From Polyangiaceae bacterium (GTDB lineage: Bacteria; Myxococcota_A; Polyangia; Polyangiales; Polyangiaceae), in the NCBI GenBank assembly GCA_050287085.1, contig JBNKBE010000009.1, positions 195,834 to 240,174 on the forward strand: a stretch of 44,341 nucleotides of DNA, given 5' to 3'. The position numbers were made by a program, and so were the translations under genes. This document shows positions 37,101 to 44,341 of this stretch, piece by piece; the stretch's first letter is position 1, and every line of letters begins with the position of its first letter. The notes below the pieces were generated by a model. That model did no database searches and was not told the origin of the DNA. It saw nothing but the letters and a program-made list of their open reading frames with translations.

Positions 37101-40100
37101 GGGATCCTGGGCTCGTACAACAGCATTCTGTTACTAGCGGCGGAATAACGCGCAAGTACGATTTCGAATACACCGAGAGCTATGGCCTGCGGAGGAGCTC
37201 AAGCCGATTGGTCAACGGCGAGCTTCACCGCATCTCTTCCGAGTACGACAACGTAAACAACCTCCGACGAGTCATCGAAGAGGGTTCCGGCACGGTTCGT
37301 CAGTCCACCATTGAATACGACGAGGCTCAACTCCGACCGGTTCGTGCAACCGGCCCTACCGGAATGGTGGCCGCAGTTGAACTCGATACTGCGACAGGGC
37401 AACTGCGCAGCGAAGTAGATGCCAATGGGGTCGGCGCGGTTCATGTATACGACCTATTTGGGCGCAGAATACAGACGATATCAGCCACAGGAATCGAGAC
37501 GGTCACACTGACGGCGTCGACCGAGCCGACCGGCTTGTATCAGGTTACCAATACCATCACCGATGGACTCAGCACCCAGTCGACGACCACACACTTCGAC
37601 TCCCGCGGCCACGACGTACTCACACGAAGCCTAGGACTCGACGGTGTATGGCTGACCCAGGCCAAGGTCTATGATGCCCTCGGAAGACTGCGACTCAAGG
37701 AGCTACCACACCCTGAAGGCGACGAAGCCGCCACCGGCGTCACACAATACCACTATACCCCTCTCGGTAGCCTCGAACGAGTATCCGCTCCCGGAGACAA
37801 GGGGAAGGCTCCAGTAATAGAGAGGTACGAGTACGCAACTCGCTATACGAGCGATGTATCAGACGTACCAGTACTGTCCCCGGACAGTGTATTGACCTAC
37901 GTCGCGAGGAAGATTGACGCGGACGGAAAAGTCAACACAACCTATAGCGGGCCCCTTCAAGAGCCTTTGGTCCGGCGCCAAGGCGAAGGCGAAGAAGCCA
38001 TCAACACGCGCATAGCTTATGGTGCCTTCGGCGACATGACGCGCTACCAGACTAGCAACAATACCTTAACGGTGGCGCATGACACCTGGGGTCGCGCTAC
38101 GTCGGTATCTGATAGTGATGTAGGTACCATCAGGTACAGCTATGACGCCCTAGATCGGCTGCTGACGATGGTCGAGGCAGAGGGCCACCACTCGCGCTAC
38201 GAGTACGATGCGTTGGATCGAGTCATCAACGCGTCTCATTGGGATGCGGATGGTGCGCTCGAGGCCAGCGAAGAATTCGTATTCGACTGCGACCCAACAC
38301 AGCGAGACGCCAACGGGAGATGCGTCGCGGACGCCCAAAACAGCCTTGGGAGACTGATTCAGGCAACGCGTTCACAGGTAGGTTCACCCTCCACCACCGA
38401 ACGCGTATTCTACGAAGCACCGCCATCCGACGGCGACTACTTGAAGAATCGCGCCCTAGTTGAACGTATACAGCTGCAGACAGCCGATCGCACGTTGGAA
38501 AGCAGCTACGAATACTATAACGGCAGCAACCGAGTTGCTGTGCAACACTACCCGCCCACGGCAAGTGGGCAGTTGATTGGCGTCCAGTATTGCTACGATG
38601 ACTTGGGAACGAAGACCCACGCGTTTCCGCTGGAAGCGATCACACCATGCGACGCGCCAGAATCCGCAAGCGAAGAGCCCTACTGGAAACGAACGGGTAC
38701 CCAGAAGGGCATCGCTGCGAACAGCTATCAGCTCGGCAACGGAGTGAATGTCACTCTAGATCTTGATCCCGTCACCTTCCGCCTCAGTGGGCATCAGGTA
38801 GAAGGCCCGGCGGGCGGCAGCGGGCCCACCCTCACCTTCCAGTACGATTATGAACCAGGCGGTCGACTTAAGTCGTCTACGAGAAGTTCGGGCGGATCTG
38901 AAACGACAAAGGCGTTCAACTACCGAAAGAGCGGAGTGCTCGATTCGATCGTCACAAACAACCAGCCAACCCACGTCCCGGGATACGACGAAGCTTGGCG
39001 CCTTGCCGGAACGGAAAAACTCGGAACCTTCCACTACGACGACGGCGACGACGACCCCGGGAACAACCGTCTCAAGTCGGTAACTCCGCCGGGAGCCGCC
39101 GGACCAACGACCTTCTTCGAATACGACGGCCGCGGCAACCAGCGGCGACGCACAGGTGAGCACATCCCAGGCGGCGAGCAGGTAATCACATACAACACGT
39201 TCAATCTGCCCAGCACCATCAACTACTTCGAAAGCGGCGAAGCACGCCGAGTAGCCTTCGACTATAGCGCCAGCGGGGAGCGCGTTCACACTGAACGCTC
39301 TGACCGTGAAATCTGGCACTTTGGAGGCATCTACGAGCATGAGGAGCGCACAGGCGATCCGGATCTAAGCGAAGAGGACCGCTATTGGATCTTCGCAGAC
39401 GGGAAGCGCATTGCTCAGATCAACCGCAGCCGACGGGCCGAAGAGCCCTGGTCCGAAAGCATCTGGTACTACCACGTTGATCGCCTGGGCAGCGTCGTCG
39501 CCTTGAGCGACAACACCGGAAACACCACTCACGAGTTTGAGTACGACACCTACGGCACCCCTCTCCAAGAGCTGCCTATTCCTTACGGCTACACCGGCCA
39601 CCGCCATGAGCAATACCTGGGCCTCATCGACATGGGTGCTCGCTTCTACGACCCTGTCTTCGCGACCTTCCTGAGCCCTGACCCTGAGAGCCCTCTCTCC
39701 GGCGGTTCGCCCAGAATGAACCGATACGGGTATGTCGGATACGACCCCATCAATTTCGTAGATCCAAACGGGCGATTTGTTTTCCTCGCCCCGGCACTCG
39801 CTGCCTTCGGCATCTCCCTGATCGTTAACACTACCGTCGGCCTTATCGACGGCGATTGGGACAGCAACGACACTGCTCGCCTGCTCATGGGCGGAATCGC
39901 TGCTTTCGCTGGTGGTGCTGTGTCCGGATTGCTACTTCAGTTCAGCTACGCTTCCGCCGTTGAAGCCGCCGTCGCGGCTTCCGCCATCGGCGGCGCCACC
40001 TATGGCCTCGGGGCTGGAGTCCGGAGCGGCGCTAGCTGGGACCAGGTCGTGGGTTCCGCCCTACAGGGCGGCGTCATTGGAGCCCTATCGAGCGCCTTTG

Positions 40101-40954
40101 GCGCTAGCGGCAACGCTGGCATAGTCGCACTCGATGTCTTTGAAAGCCGCTACGCACTCGCTGCCTCGGAGCTCCTCCTCACCTCGGGCGCAAGCGCCGG
40201 TGTCTCTGCCCTCTCCGGAGGCGACGTCGACTGGGGCTCCCTCTCCGTTCAACTGGCCGTCTCTACCGTCGGCGCCTTCCACTCCGCATACGAGCTAACC
40301 CAGGCAGATATCGACAGAAACCACCAGACTGCCCAGGGCGCCGGTAGAGCCGCAAAAGCCGCATCCGACCGGGCCGACGCCGCTGCACGGGCCCGGCATA
40401 TCAACGCTTTTCTCGCCAGCGCCTCCACCGCAGCTGGCTCCAGCGCGAGCCTCCTCGATCGCTATCCCAACGCAATCGCTTGCTTGTACTGCGAAGCCAT
40501 CGGCATGAACATCTACGACCCCCAGCAGTTCCCGAAGAACTATGCTAGAACTCAGGGACTCGGTGCCGCGGCTAGTCTCTTCTTTCTTACCGGCGCCGCT
40601 CTCTTGCCCGTTGAGGTCGCCGGATACGCCGCTTGGTTCGCCGCAAGGGGGGCGCCGAAGCTTCTAGAAGCAGGGAAACTGGCGAAGCACCACTTGTTTC
40701 CCCAGCAATTCAGGAAGTTCTTCTCCAGTCGCGGCATCAATATTGATCAGTTCACCGTAACGCTGGGGCACAACACCTCGCACCTGAAAGGCGTCCATGG
40801 GAAAGGACTGGGCAACATGCCTGGAGGTTGGAACAAGCGTTGGGCTGACTTCATCGAAGCAAACCCCAACGCGACAGCGAAGGATATCTACCAGTTTGGA
40901 GGGAAGCTTATGGACGAGTTTGGACTCAGCCATATCCCGATACAACCGTACTAG
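31115..40954 (+). CDS. Giant Rhs/YD-repeat polymorphic toxin: possible lipoprotein signal, CBM3-like, PA14, Cys-rich, SpvB, FG-GAP, YD shell, Rhs core, HH-motif (DUF2380-like) C-terminal tip
   Basis: 3,279-aa ORF; SpvB start (G.L.VSPTGEARY.VPI.LPP...P.LAL.Y); D.NGDG..D repeats; YD..GR repeats; YYH.D.LGS, YTGH, ARFYDP, DPINFVDPNG core; tip KHHLFPQ.F..FF...GI.ID...WN..W..F. Confidence 0.92.
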   Translation: MSLLRYASRFLRTSVFLGAEWLALGCSSTSKEPPAIELRSRGAALQESSLEVWARVEAPDDAAWVKPRIYVKNRGTTPLSSFLVDFYFTEPPTASPVVEDWHTPASTPQIEVLGDNQYRLVYDYANVTLAPGAVVPDSAGSVVGLHHSDYSDWFKADDYSYQGLTSSFSLAENIVVRGQDGTVLYGAPPPMPQGSTPDGNGASGSGGTPGAAEPSIGFYVQWPSEHSLDQLVFGSNEMLQIRDGVQLESSVGSSRPIAANLGAGLLEVGQQAQTGTLFGAGNVTTLRGAQVHGDIIATGSYTAQTGTAVSGTYPPPNRVFETSRTHFRVTFPAEKAAVSMDRLVALVPGAYSALSITNGQEVTLTGPGRYYFDTLGIEPEGTLRLRNSAGGIEIFVRSGDSFVRGDWKLDEPRQANILLAHAGEGNVSVARPFRGTLVAPWANVELATLSAGEWHEGSFFARTIVQHPHTAVRLRPYVADCSWFASTCSETLGCSLPDADSDSLSDCQEQGDGSPWTDPQVPNGIRMRWDDECSFSTNEICPAIDTPSEVNACLGPQPQEEVDATAGFSWHDVTTTSICDVGYGFIPPFSSCSDTWTLHAQGFLWVPQDGYECFSVAGDDQTSCGALFLAEQPEALLSGAGSTCYWLTQGAHEIRWFRAAAPGSTGDFGVDHCSGGAEPCEPTSTIRIDVLRPERCGAGECTSYCPCGEGGGACARDADCTEGLVCTAGLATQNGLPEGSSTCLLPLCTTDPTDPRCHKRPPSCETNSDCTRGKCLDAGYKYGFAAGGKLCFDDDFCSSSAGADYCGAADALCGLCECAPDCSGKACGDDPSDGCGGYCPEICGPGEQGCTHSASCSGDELCLQGQCLPPICGTTDCNDAECGSSCDTCTPLCLGRVCGIDLRCGVSCGTCGEGSSCFNGICKLSPSAPRTDVPDSPTAGRKVTPAIGSIPGTLTVSPTGEARYHVPIALPPARNGHSPDLALVYAGNRAPGIAGVGWTVSGLSAIARCAKTTAIDGWPEPVRGDDATDAYCLDGQRLVLTSGSAGSDGATYRTRTEAFVDVTYHRLEGANGFQNTYWTMRTKSGEFREYGKRYRTYMGLAGATAVPRVWPVDRVVARDGAARTYEYQCDGLTTLGGGYCVVELLPRAIHYGGFAPYTEQGLATEATHSSTHTIEFSYEPRQNRQMFVVGPEAYSSLERRLQHVRVRHGGSTMLGYWLSYSESTRGYGDLLGSVEQCAILDGEIYEETCMPPLLFEYEDDAGPTFEEPISALNPFWGDDFGGGFSVLDVKVREEQKNIKPTIMLDLNGDSTPDFVHPGPAGAWWVTLGNNYDEHPPVRAERVEGKMKCIGPASVAAFADFASEGNQALVDTCTIHPSGEVNYYELNPHRTTGPLLERRLYLPGILDKHVEQVLPIDINLDGDTELIACDVNGPVMIWTRKQPGSAYQGYPIPPVPRHGRWHSANACNWNNNQLERPSPLFMDTDGDGTPDLQIQAPQGSQALHFRYQDDELVAEWTHVGLDVESDAPTSLLAGPFRAMDVNGDGLQDILEHRAFLLGPQKDSDGLEIRVKSTDADHLGIDVYAWMNRAGSFSDLYSNLPAVELGYDHIEPTAPQGSPWWRGVTAKFFEISRIADLNLSGRGGIISFVQEQAHRGWHYVTADSVFDPRQRKLLWRAERIPSLPSEETWTTSAMVPMFADFNGDGVTDALLQRGYTSQRDFNVRLYLGRNPLRRLLKKVTDGLGNQTLITHSVYKDYLVNTECGPLPYTRCAARGGSVVTRLLTKNASQVDDATAEEGHTFFSYYDRRAARGGGGSLGFGKRIQSDYQPGLSLPIRTVTETYDNGSTGPAPEFPFAGRLLRRVTETADETNGLSDLNAPTSATSRPITRFRTIESFTYQEMTSDAGRPFVVLTEQEERRYQVIGGEQHELSRTIERFHDATGANGFDSYGNLHYRNKQTTAPSTDGTTARVIVTVEEHTQYYPNGKRSSDGPTVPTRWDPGLVQQHSVTSGGITRKYDFEYTESYGLRRSSSRLVNGELHRISSEYDNVNNLRRVIEEGSGTVRQSTIEYDEAQLRPVRATGPTGMVAAVELDTATGQLRSEVDANGVGAVHVYDLFGRRIQTISATGIETVTLTASTEPTGLYQVTNTITDGLSTQSTTTHFDSRGHDVLTRSLGLDGVWLTQAKVYDALGRLRLKELPHPEGDEAATGVTQYHYTPLGSLERVSAPGDKGKAPVIERYEYATRYTSDVSDVPVLSPDSVLTYVARKIDADGKVNTTYSGPLQEPLVRRQGEGEEAINTRIAYGAFGDMTRYQTSNNTLTVAHDTWGRATSVSDSDVGTIRYSYDALDRLLTMVEAEGHHSRYEYDALDRVINASHWDADGALEASEEFVFDCDPTQRDANGRCVADAQNSLGRLIQATRSQVGSPSTTERVFYEAPPSDGDYLKNRALVERIQLQTADRTLESSYEYYNGSNRVAVQHYPPTASGQLIGVQYCYDDLGTKTHAFPLEAITPCDAPESASEEPYWKRTGTQKGIAANSYQLGNGVNVTLDLDPVTFRLSGHQVEGPAGGSGPTLTFQYDYEPGGRLKSSTRSSGGSETTKAFNYRKSGVLDSIVTNNQPTHVPGYDEAWRLAGTEKLGTFHYDDGDDDPGNNRLKSVTPPGAAGPTTFFEYDGRGNQRRRTGEHIPGGEQVITYNTFNLPSTINYFESGEARRVAFDYSASGERVHTERSDREIWHFGGIYEHEERTGDPDLSEEDRYWIFADGKRIAQINRSRRAEEPWSESIWYYHVDRLGSVVALSDNTGNTTHEFEYDTYGTPLQELPIPYGYTGHRHEQYLGLIDMGARFYDPVFATFLSPDPESPLSGGSPRMNRYGYVGYDPINFVDPNGRFVFLAPALAAFGISLIVNTTVGLIDGDWDSNDTARLLMGGIAAFAGGAVSGLLLQFSYASAVEAAVAASAIGGATYGLGAGVRSGASWDQVVGSALQGGVIGALSSAFGASGNAGIVALDVFESRYALAASELLLTSGASAGVSALSGGDVDWGSLSVQLAVSTVGAFHSAYELTQADIDRNHQTAQGAGRAAKAASDRADAAARARHINAFLASASTAAGSSASLLDRYPNAIACLYCEAIGMNIYDPQQFPKNYARTQGLGAAASLFFLTGAALLPVEVAGYAAWFAARGAPKLLEAGKLAKHHLFPQQFRKFFSSRGINIDQFTVTLGHNTSHLKGVHGKGLGNMPGGWNKRWADFIEANPNATAKDIYQFGGKLMDEFGLSHIPIQPY

Positions 40955-40970
40955 TGGCAGGAGATAGAAG

Positions 40971-41270
40971 ATGGTGAAGATACCGCCATTCAGGCTCAGG
41001 CGTGAACCTCTAGATGATGAAGCCCGGCAACTTCCGCCGTTCAAATGGGCCGCCGACGAGGTCGGAAATCGACATCGGCTCGGTGGGCTGCCGGAGCGCG
41101 ACGTAAGTCCCGAAGACTGGCCAAAGTGTCCAGACTGCAACGAGCCCATGACCTTCTATGGTCAGCTTGATTCATTGAACGATGCGATTTGCATTGCCGA
41201 TGCCGGTCTCATCTACGTCTACGTTTGCTTGGACTGCAACGAGGTCAGGGCGGAGATTGATTCGGCCTAG
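40971..41270 (+). CDS. Candidate immunity protein, small double-CxxC protein (YwqG/DUF1963-like)
   Basis: 99 aa, 16 bp after the toxin stop, AGGAG RBS; RLGG.P...WP.CPDC..PM.F..QLD...D.G.IYV.VC..C. Confidence 0.7.
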   Translation: MVKIPPFRLRREPLDDEARQLPPFKWAADEVGNRHRLGGLPERDVSPEDWPKCPDCNEPMTFYGQLDSLNDAICIADAGLIYVYVCLDCNEVRAEIDSA

Positions 41271-41300
41271 GCATGTAGTGCCCGAATGGGCGGCCTCACA

Positions 41301-41331
41301 ACTCGCGCGGCGGGCGTGGCGCCGCGCGAGT
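41301..41331. repeat. 12-bp perfect GC-rich hairpin after the immunity gene
   Basis: ACTCGCGCGGCG-ggcgtgg-CGCCGCGCGAGT. Confidence 0.75.
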
Positions 41332-41386
41332 GATCCGTTTGAGCGCCGTGCCCGTGCAATGTGCCCGCCGCTCCGCGGAGCCCCCG

Positions 41387-41501
41387 ACCTAATGGCTGAG
41401 TTAAGCTGCAAGGCGCGTAGCTGCGATTCGGCGTGACGGACAAGGCGAGTGATGGTCGTAGATGACCGCACTCGCCTTGTCAGCTTCAGCGACCATTAGG
41501 A
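41387..41501. other. attC-like integron recombination-site element with AAT/ATT cores
   Basis: ACCTAAT-GGCTG-AGTTAAGC...GCTTCAG-CGACC-ATTAGGA has R-5bp-L...L-5bp-R spacing; arms pair (CCTAATGG/CCATTAGG; AAGCTG-CAAGGCG/CGCCTTG-T-CAGCTT) with unpaired extra bases. Confidence 0.55.
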
Positions 41502-41631
41502 CGGGGCCAGCGACGCGGAGGGGTGCAGCCGTACAGAGCGTGCCGTCGTCCCTTGTTGTTGATCAAGCAAACAGATCCGTCCATAGCCGCTACGAGCTCT
41601 TAGCGGCTGATTGCGTTTTAGTTGCTGTGAG

Positions 41632-42015
41632 TCACTGTGCTTGCTGCGTAAGTCGGTGCTTTTCCAGGTAAGTATCGATGATGCGGAGCACTTCGCGTCG
41701 GTCTTTCAGCGGCAGCTCCTCGAGCTGTTGCAGACGACGGTAGAGGTGCTGATTGGTCTTCGAGCGTACTTCGGCTTTGCTGGGAGGCTTGTTGCCAACG
41801 AGAGCGTCGACGGATGTGCTGAGCGCGTCAGCGAACGCCGTGAGGACGTGTCCGGGCGGTAGTGCTTCGCGTCCCTCGTAGTAGGCGATCATCCGTTGGG
41901 ACACGCCTGAGATTTCGGCGAGCTGGCGTTGCGAGAAGCCGGCCCTTTGCCGAACGTCAGCGAGGCGCTCGCCAAAGGCGGGGTGTTGAGCGACGGGTGG
42001 GCTTTTGCGGGGCAT
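41632..42015 (-). CDS. XRE-family helix-turn-helix transcriptional regulator
   Basis: FGERL..VR...GFSQ.QLAE.SGVSQ.MIAYYE...P....L...ADAL..SVD.LVG; ATG 42015 preferred. Confidence 0.9.
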   Translation of the reverse strand: MPRKSPPVAQHPAFGERLADVRQRAGFSQRQLAEISGVSQRMIAYYEGREALPPGHVLTAFADALSTSVDALVGNKPPSKAEVRSKTNQHLYRRLQQLEELPLKDRREVLRIIDTYLEKHRLTQQAQ

Positions 42016-42093
42016 GGACAATCCCAGGGGCTTGGTGAGTGAGCCCAAGGTAACCCCGTGATCTGAGGGGGAGTCCGAATTGCCTTGCACACC

Positions 42094-42110
42094 GATACAT
42101 TAAATGTATC
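42094..42110. promoter_or_regulatory. Perfect palindrome, candidate operator between the divergent XRE and primase genes
   Basis: GATACATT-A-AATGTATC; AT-rich in a GC-rich context; TTGACA hexamers nearby on both strands (minus 42118-42123, plus 42145-42150). Confidence 0.65.
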
Positions 42111-42175
42111 TCTCCGTGTGTCAATGAAATGGCTCAGATACTGCTTGACAGCTGATTTGCAGAGTGGAGGCGATG

Positions 42176-44341
42176 ATGGCGCGGATACCGGAGGCAGAAG
42201 TAGAGAGAATCAAAGAGGAAGTGTCTCTCGTCCGTGTGGTCGAAGGGGCGGGCATCGAGCTGAAGGCGCACGGTAAGGACCTGGTGGGTCGTTGCCCGTT
42301 TCACGAGGACAAGACGCCGTCCTTGGTCATCACCCCCGACAAGAACCTGTGGCACTGCCTGGGGGCGTGTCAGACGGGGGGGAGCGTGGTGGACTGGGTG
42401 ATGAAGGCGGAGGCGGTGAGCTTCCGGCACGCGGTGGAGCTGCTTCGGGAGCGTCACTTTCCTTCTTTAGTCGCCGAGCCGAAGCGGGGGCGCCCGGCGA
42501 CGGACGGGCGCAGTTACCCGAAGACGTCATCAGCGAAGAAGCTGCCGGAGTTTGCGGAGGCGGCGGAGAGCGACGCAGTGCTGCTGGGGCGGGTGATTTC
42601 GTACTACCACGAGCAGTTGAAGCAGAGCCCGGAGGCGCAGGAGTATCTGAGGAGCCGCGGGCTCGGAAGCGCGGAGCTGGTGGAGCGCTTTCAGCTGGGC
42701 TTCGCGAACCGCACCCTTGCCTACCGGCTGCCGCCGAAGCAGGTGAAGGCGGGCGAAGAGCTGCGGGGCCGTTTGCAGGCGCTCGGTGTTTTGCGCAAGA
42801 GCGGCCACGAGCACCTGAACGGCAGCATCATCTTCCCCATCACGGACGCGCGCGGCGAGGTGGTGGAAGTGTATGGCCGGAAGATAACGCAGGGGCTGCG
42901 CAAGGGGACGCCGCTGCATTTGTACTTGCCGGGTCCGCACCGCGGCGTCTGGAATCTCTCCGCTCTCGAGGCCAGCAAAGAGCTCATCCTGTGCGAGTCC
43001 ATCATCGACGCGGCGACGTTTTGGTGCGCAGGCTTCCGGAACGTGACGTGCAGCTACGGCGTGGGCGGCTTCACGGATGATCACGTAGCGGCCTTCGAGG
43101 CGCACGGCACGGAGCGCGTGATGATCGCGTACGACCGGGACGAGGCCGGTGACAAGGCAGCGGAGGCGCTAGGCAAGCGCCTGAACGCGCTCGGCATCGA
43201 GACGGCGCGGGTGTTGTTTCCGAAAGGCATGGACGCGAACGAGTACGCGCAGAAGGTGGGGCCAGCGGAGAAGAGCTTGCGTCTCGCCCTCCAGAACGCA
43301 GTGTGGACCGGCAAGGGGCGAACCGTGTCCCCGGCTGCAACCCCTGCCGACGCCGCCGTCTCCTCACCGAGCCCCACCCCACCAGCAACGTCAGTGGGCT
43401 ACGAGACAGCTGGTGACGTCATCTCACAGACACCTGAAGCGTCGAAAGAGGAGAGTTTTTCTCATTTAGCTGCTGAAGGAGACGTGTCCGATGAAGTGGG
43501 CGCTAGCCATTGCGAGGGCGAGGAAAAACTCTCCTCTTTAGCCGCTGAACAAGGCCCGGAGACGTTGGAGGAGAGCAAGGCGGAGACTGGCCGCGTTAGC
43601 CGCGAGAGCGCAAAGCCGGACGAGCTCATCCTGACGTTTGGCGATCGGCGCTGGCGCATCCGAGGCCTGAGCAAGAACACTGCGCTCTCTGCGCTGCGCG
43701 TGAACATCCTCGTATCGCGCGGAGAGTCGTTCCACGTCGACAGCCTGGAGCTGTATAGCGCGCGGCAGCGGACGGCTTTCATCGGGCAGGCGCGCGAGGA
43801 GCTGGGGGTCGAGGAGCGAGTGATCAAGGGGGACCTCGGGCGAGTACTGTTGAAGCTGGAGGAGCTCCAGGAGCGGCAGCTGAAGGAGGACAAGAGCCCA
43901 GCGAGCAAGACGGTGACGCTGAGCGATGCGGAGCAGCGGGAGGCGCTGGCCTTGCTGAAGTCGCCGCGACTTCTCGACCGCATCTTGGAGGACTTCGAGC
44001 GCAGCGGTGTGATTGGAGAGCGGACCAACAAGCTCGTCGGTTATCTCGCTGCGACGAGCCGGAAGCTGGAGCGTCCGCTTGCTGTTGTGGTCCAGAGCAC
44101 GAGTGCGGCGGGCAAGTCTTCGCTGATGGAGGCAGTGCTGTCGTTTATCCCGGAGGAGGAGCTTTGCCAGTACTCGGCGATGACGGAGCGGAGCTTGTTT
44201 TACATGGGCGGGCAGGACCTCAAGCACAAGGTGCTGGCGATAGCTGAAGAGGAAGGCGCTCGCGAAGCGTCGTACGCCTTGAAGCTGCTTCAGAGCGAAG
44301 GCCGTGTGAAGATAGCGTCAACGGGCAAGGACGCGCGGACG
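42176..44341 (+). CDS. CHC2 zinc-finger / TOPRIM DNA primase fused to a P-loop NTPase (3'-truncated by the window end)
   Basis: Absent from the ORF track because it has no stop in the window. GGAGG RBS; translation MARIPEAEVERIK...CPFHEDKTPS...WHCLGAC, LCESIIDA, IAYDRDEAG, GMDANE, QSTSAAGKS, VLAIAEEEG. Confidence 0.92.
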   Translation, partial: MARIPEAEVERIKEEVSLVRVVEGAGIELKAHGKDLVGRCPFHEDKTPSLVITPDKNLWHCLGACQTGGSVVDWVMKAEAVSFRHAVELLRERHFPSLVAEPKRGRPATDGRSYPKTSSAKKLPEFAEAAESDAVLLGRVISYYHEQLKQSPEAQEYLRSRGLGSAELVERFQLGFANRTLAYRLPPKQVKAGEELRGRLQALGVLRKSGHEHLNGSIIFPITDARGEVVEVYGRKITQGLRKGTPLHLYLPGPHRGVWNLSALEASKELILCESIIDAATFWCAGFRNVTCSYGVGGFTDDHVAAFEAHGTERVMIAYDRDEAGDKAAEALGKRLNALGIETARVLFPKGMDANEYAQKVGPAEKSLRLALQNAVWTGKGRTVSPAATPADAAVSSPSPTPPATSVGYETAGDVISQTPEASKEESFSHLAAEGDVSDEVGASHCEGEEKLSSLAAEQGPETLEESKAETGRVSRESAKPDELILTFGDRRWRIRGLSKNTALSALRVNILVSRGESFHVDSLELYSARQRTAFIGQAREELGVEERVIKGDLGRVLLKLEELQERQLKEDKSPASKTVTLSDAEQREALALLKSPRLLDRILEDFERSGVIGERTNKLVGYLAATSRKLERPLAVVVQSTSAAGKSSLMEAVLSFIPEEELCQYSAMTERSLFYMGGQDLKHKVLAIAEEEGAREASYALKLLQSEGRVKIASTGKDART

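Larger units (their letters stand above)
41632..44341. mobile_element. Part of a putative integrative/replicative element (XRE regulator + primase-NTPase) adjoining the Rhs locus
   Basis: Divergent repressor/primase pair with operator; the primase is not chromosomal DnaG (NTPase fusion); no integrase or boundaries visible in the window. Confidence 0.6.

Noticed and set aside
42292..43080. 262-aa plus-strand ORF and minus-strand ORFs across 42134-44227
   Set aside because: Alternative-frame shadows of the primase ORF starting at 42176
42176..44341. Chromosomal dnaG
   Set aside because: Fused to a P-loop NTPase, paired with an XRE repressor and lacking rpsU/rpoD context

Overview
GC-rich bacterial DNA, most consistent with a myxobacterium (Polyangiales-like), judged from the Cys-rich lipoproteins, a TSP3-OmpA protein and a zinc-ribbon/GYF/TonB-C protein. 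The first ~31 kb is chromosomal backbone: two lipoproteins, a ~2,660-aa Ig-like-repeat surface lipoprotein, an OmpA/TSP3 protein, a GltJ/AgmX-like protein, recD2, an M1 aminopeptidase, ybeY, HU, argD-argF, a full-length P1B-ATPase homolog with its catalytic motifs replaced, fur, 5-formyl-THF cyclo-ligase and an orphan ABC ATPase. The last ~13 kb is accessory. It holds a 3,279-aa Rhs/Tc-like polymorphic toxin (CBM3-like, PA14, Cys-rich, SpvB, FG-GAP, YD shell, HH-motif tip), a small double-CxxC candidate immunity gene and an attC-like element. It ends with a divergent XRE regulator / CHC2-TOPRIM primase-NTPase module that is missing from the ORF track and runs off the window end; this module carries an operator palindrome and a recurring TTTAGYYGC DNA motif. 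All domain calls come from reading motifs by eye; no database search was run.
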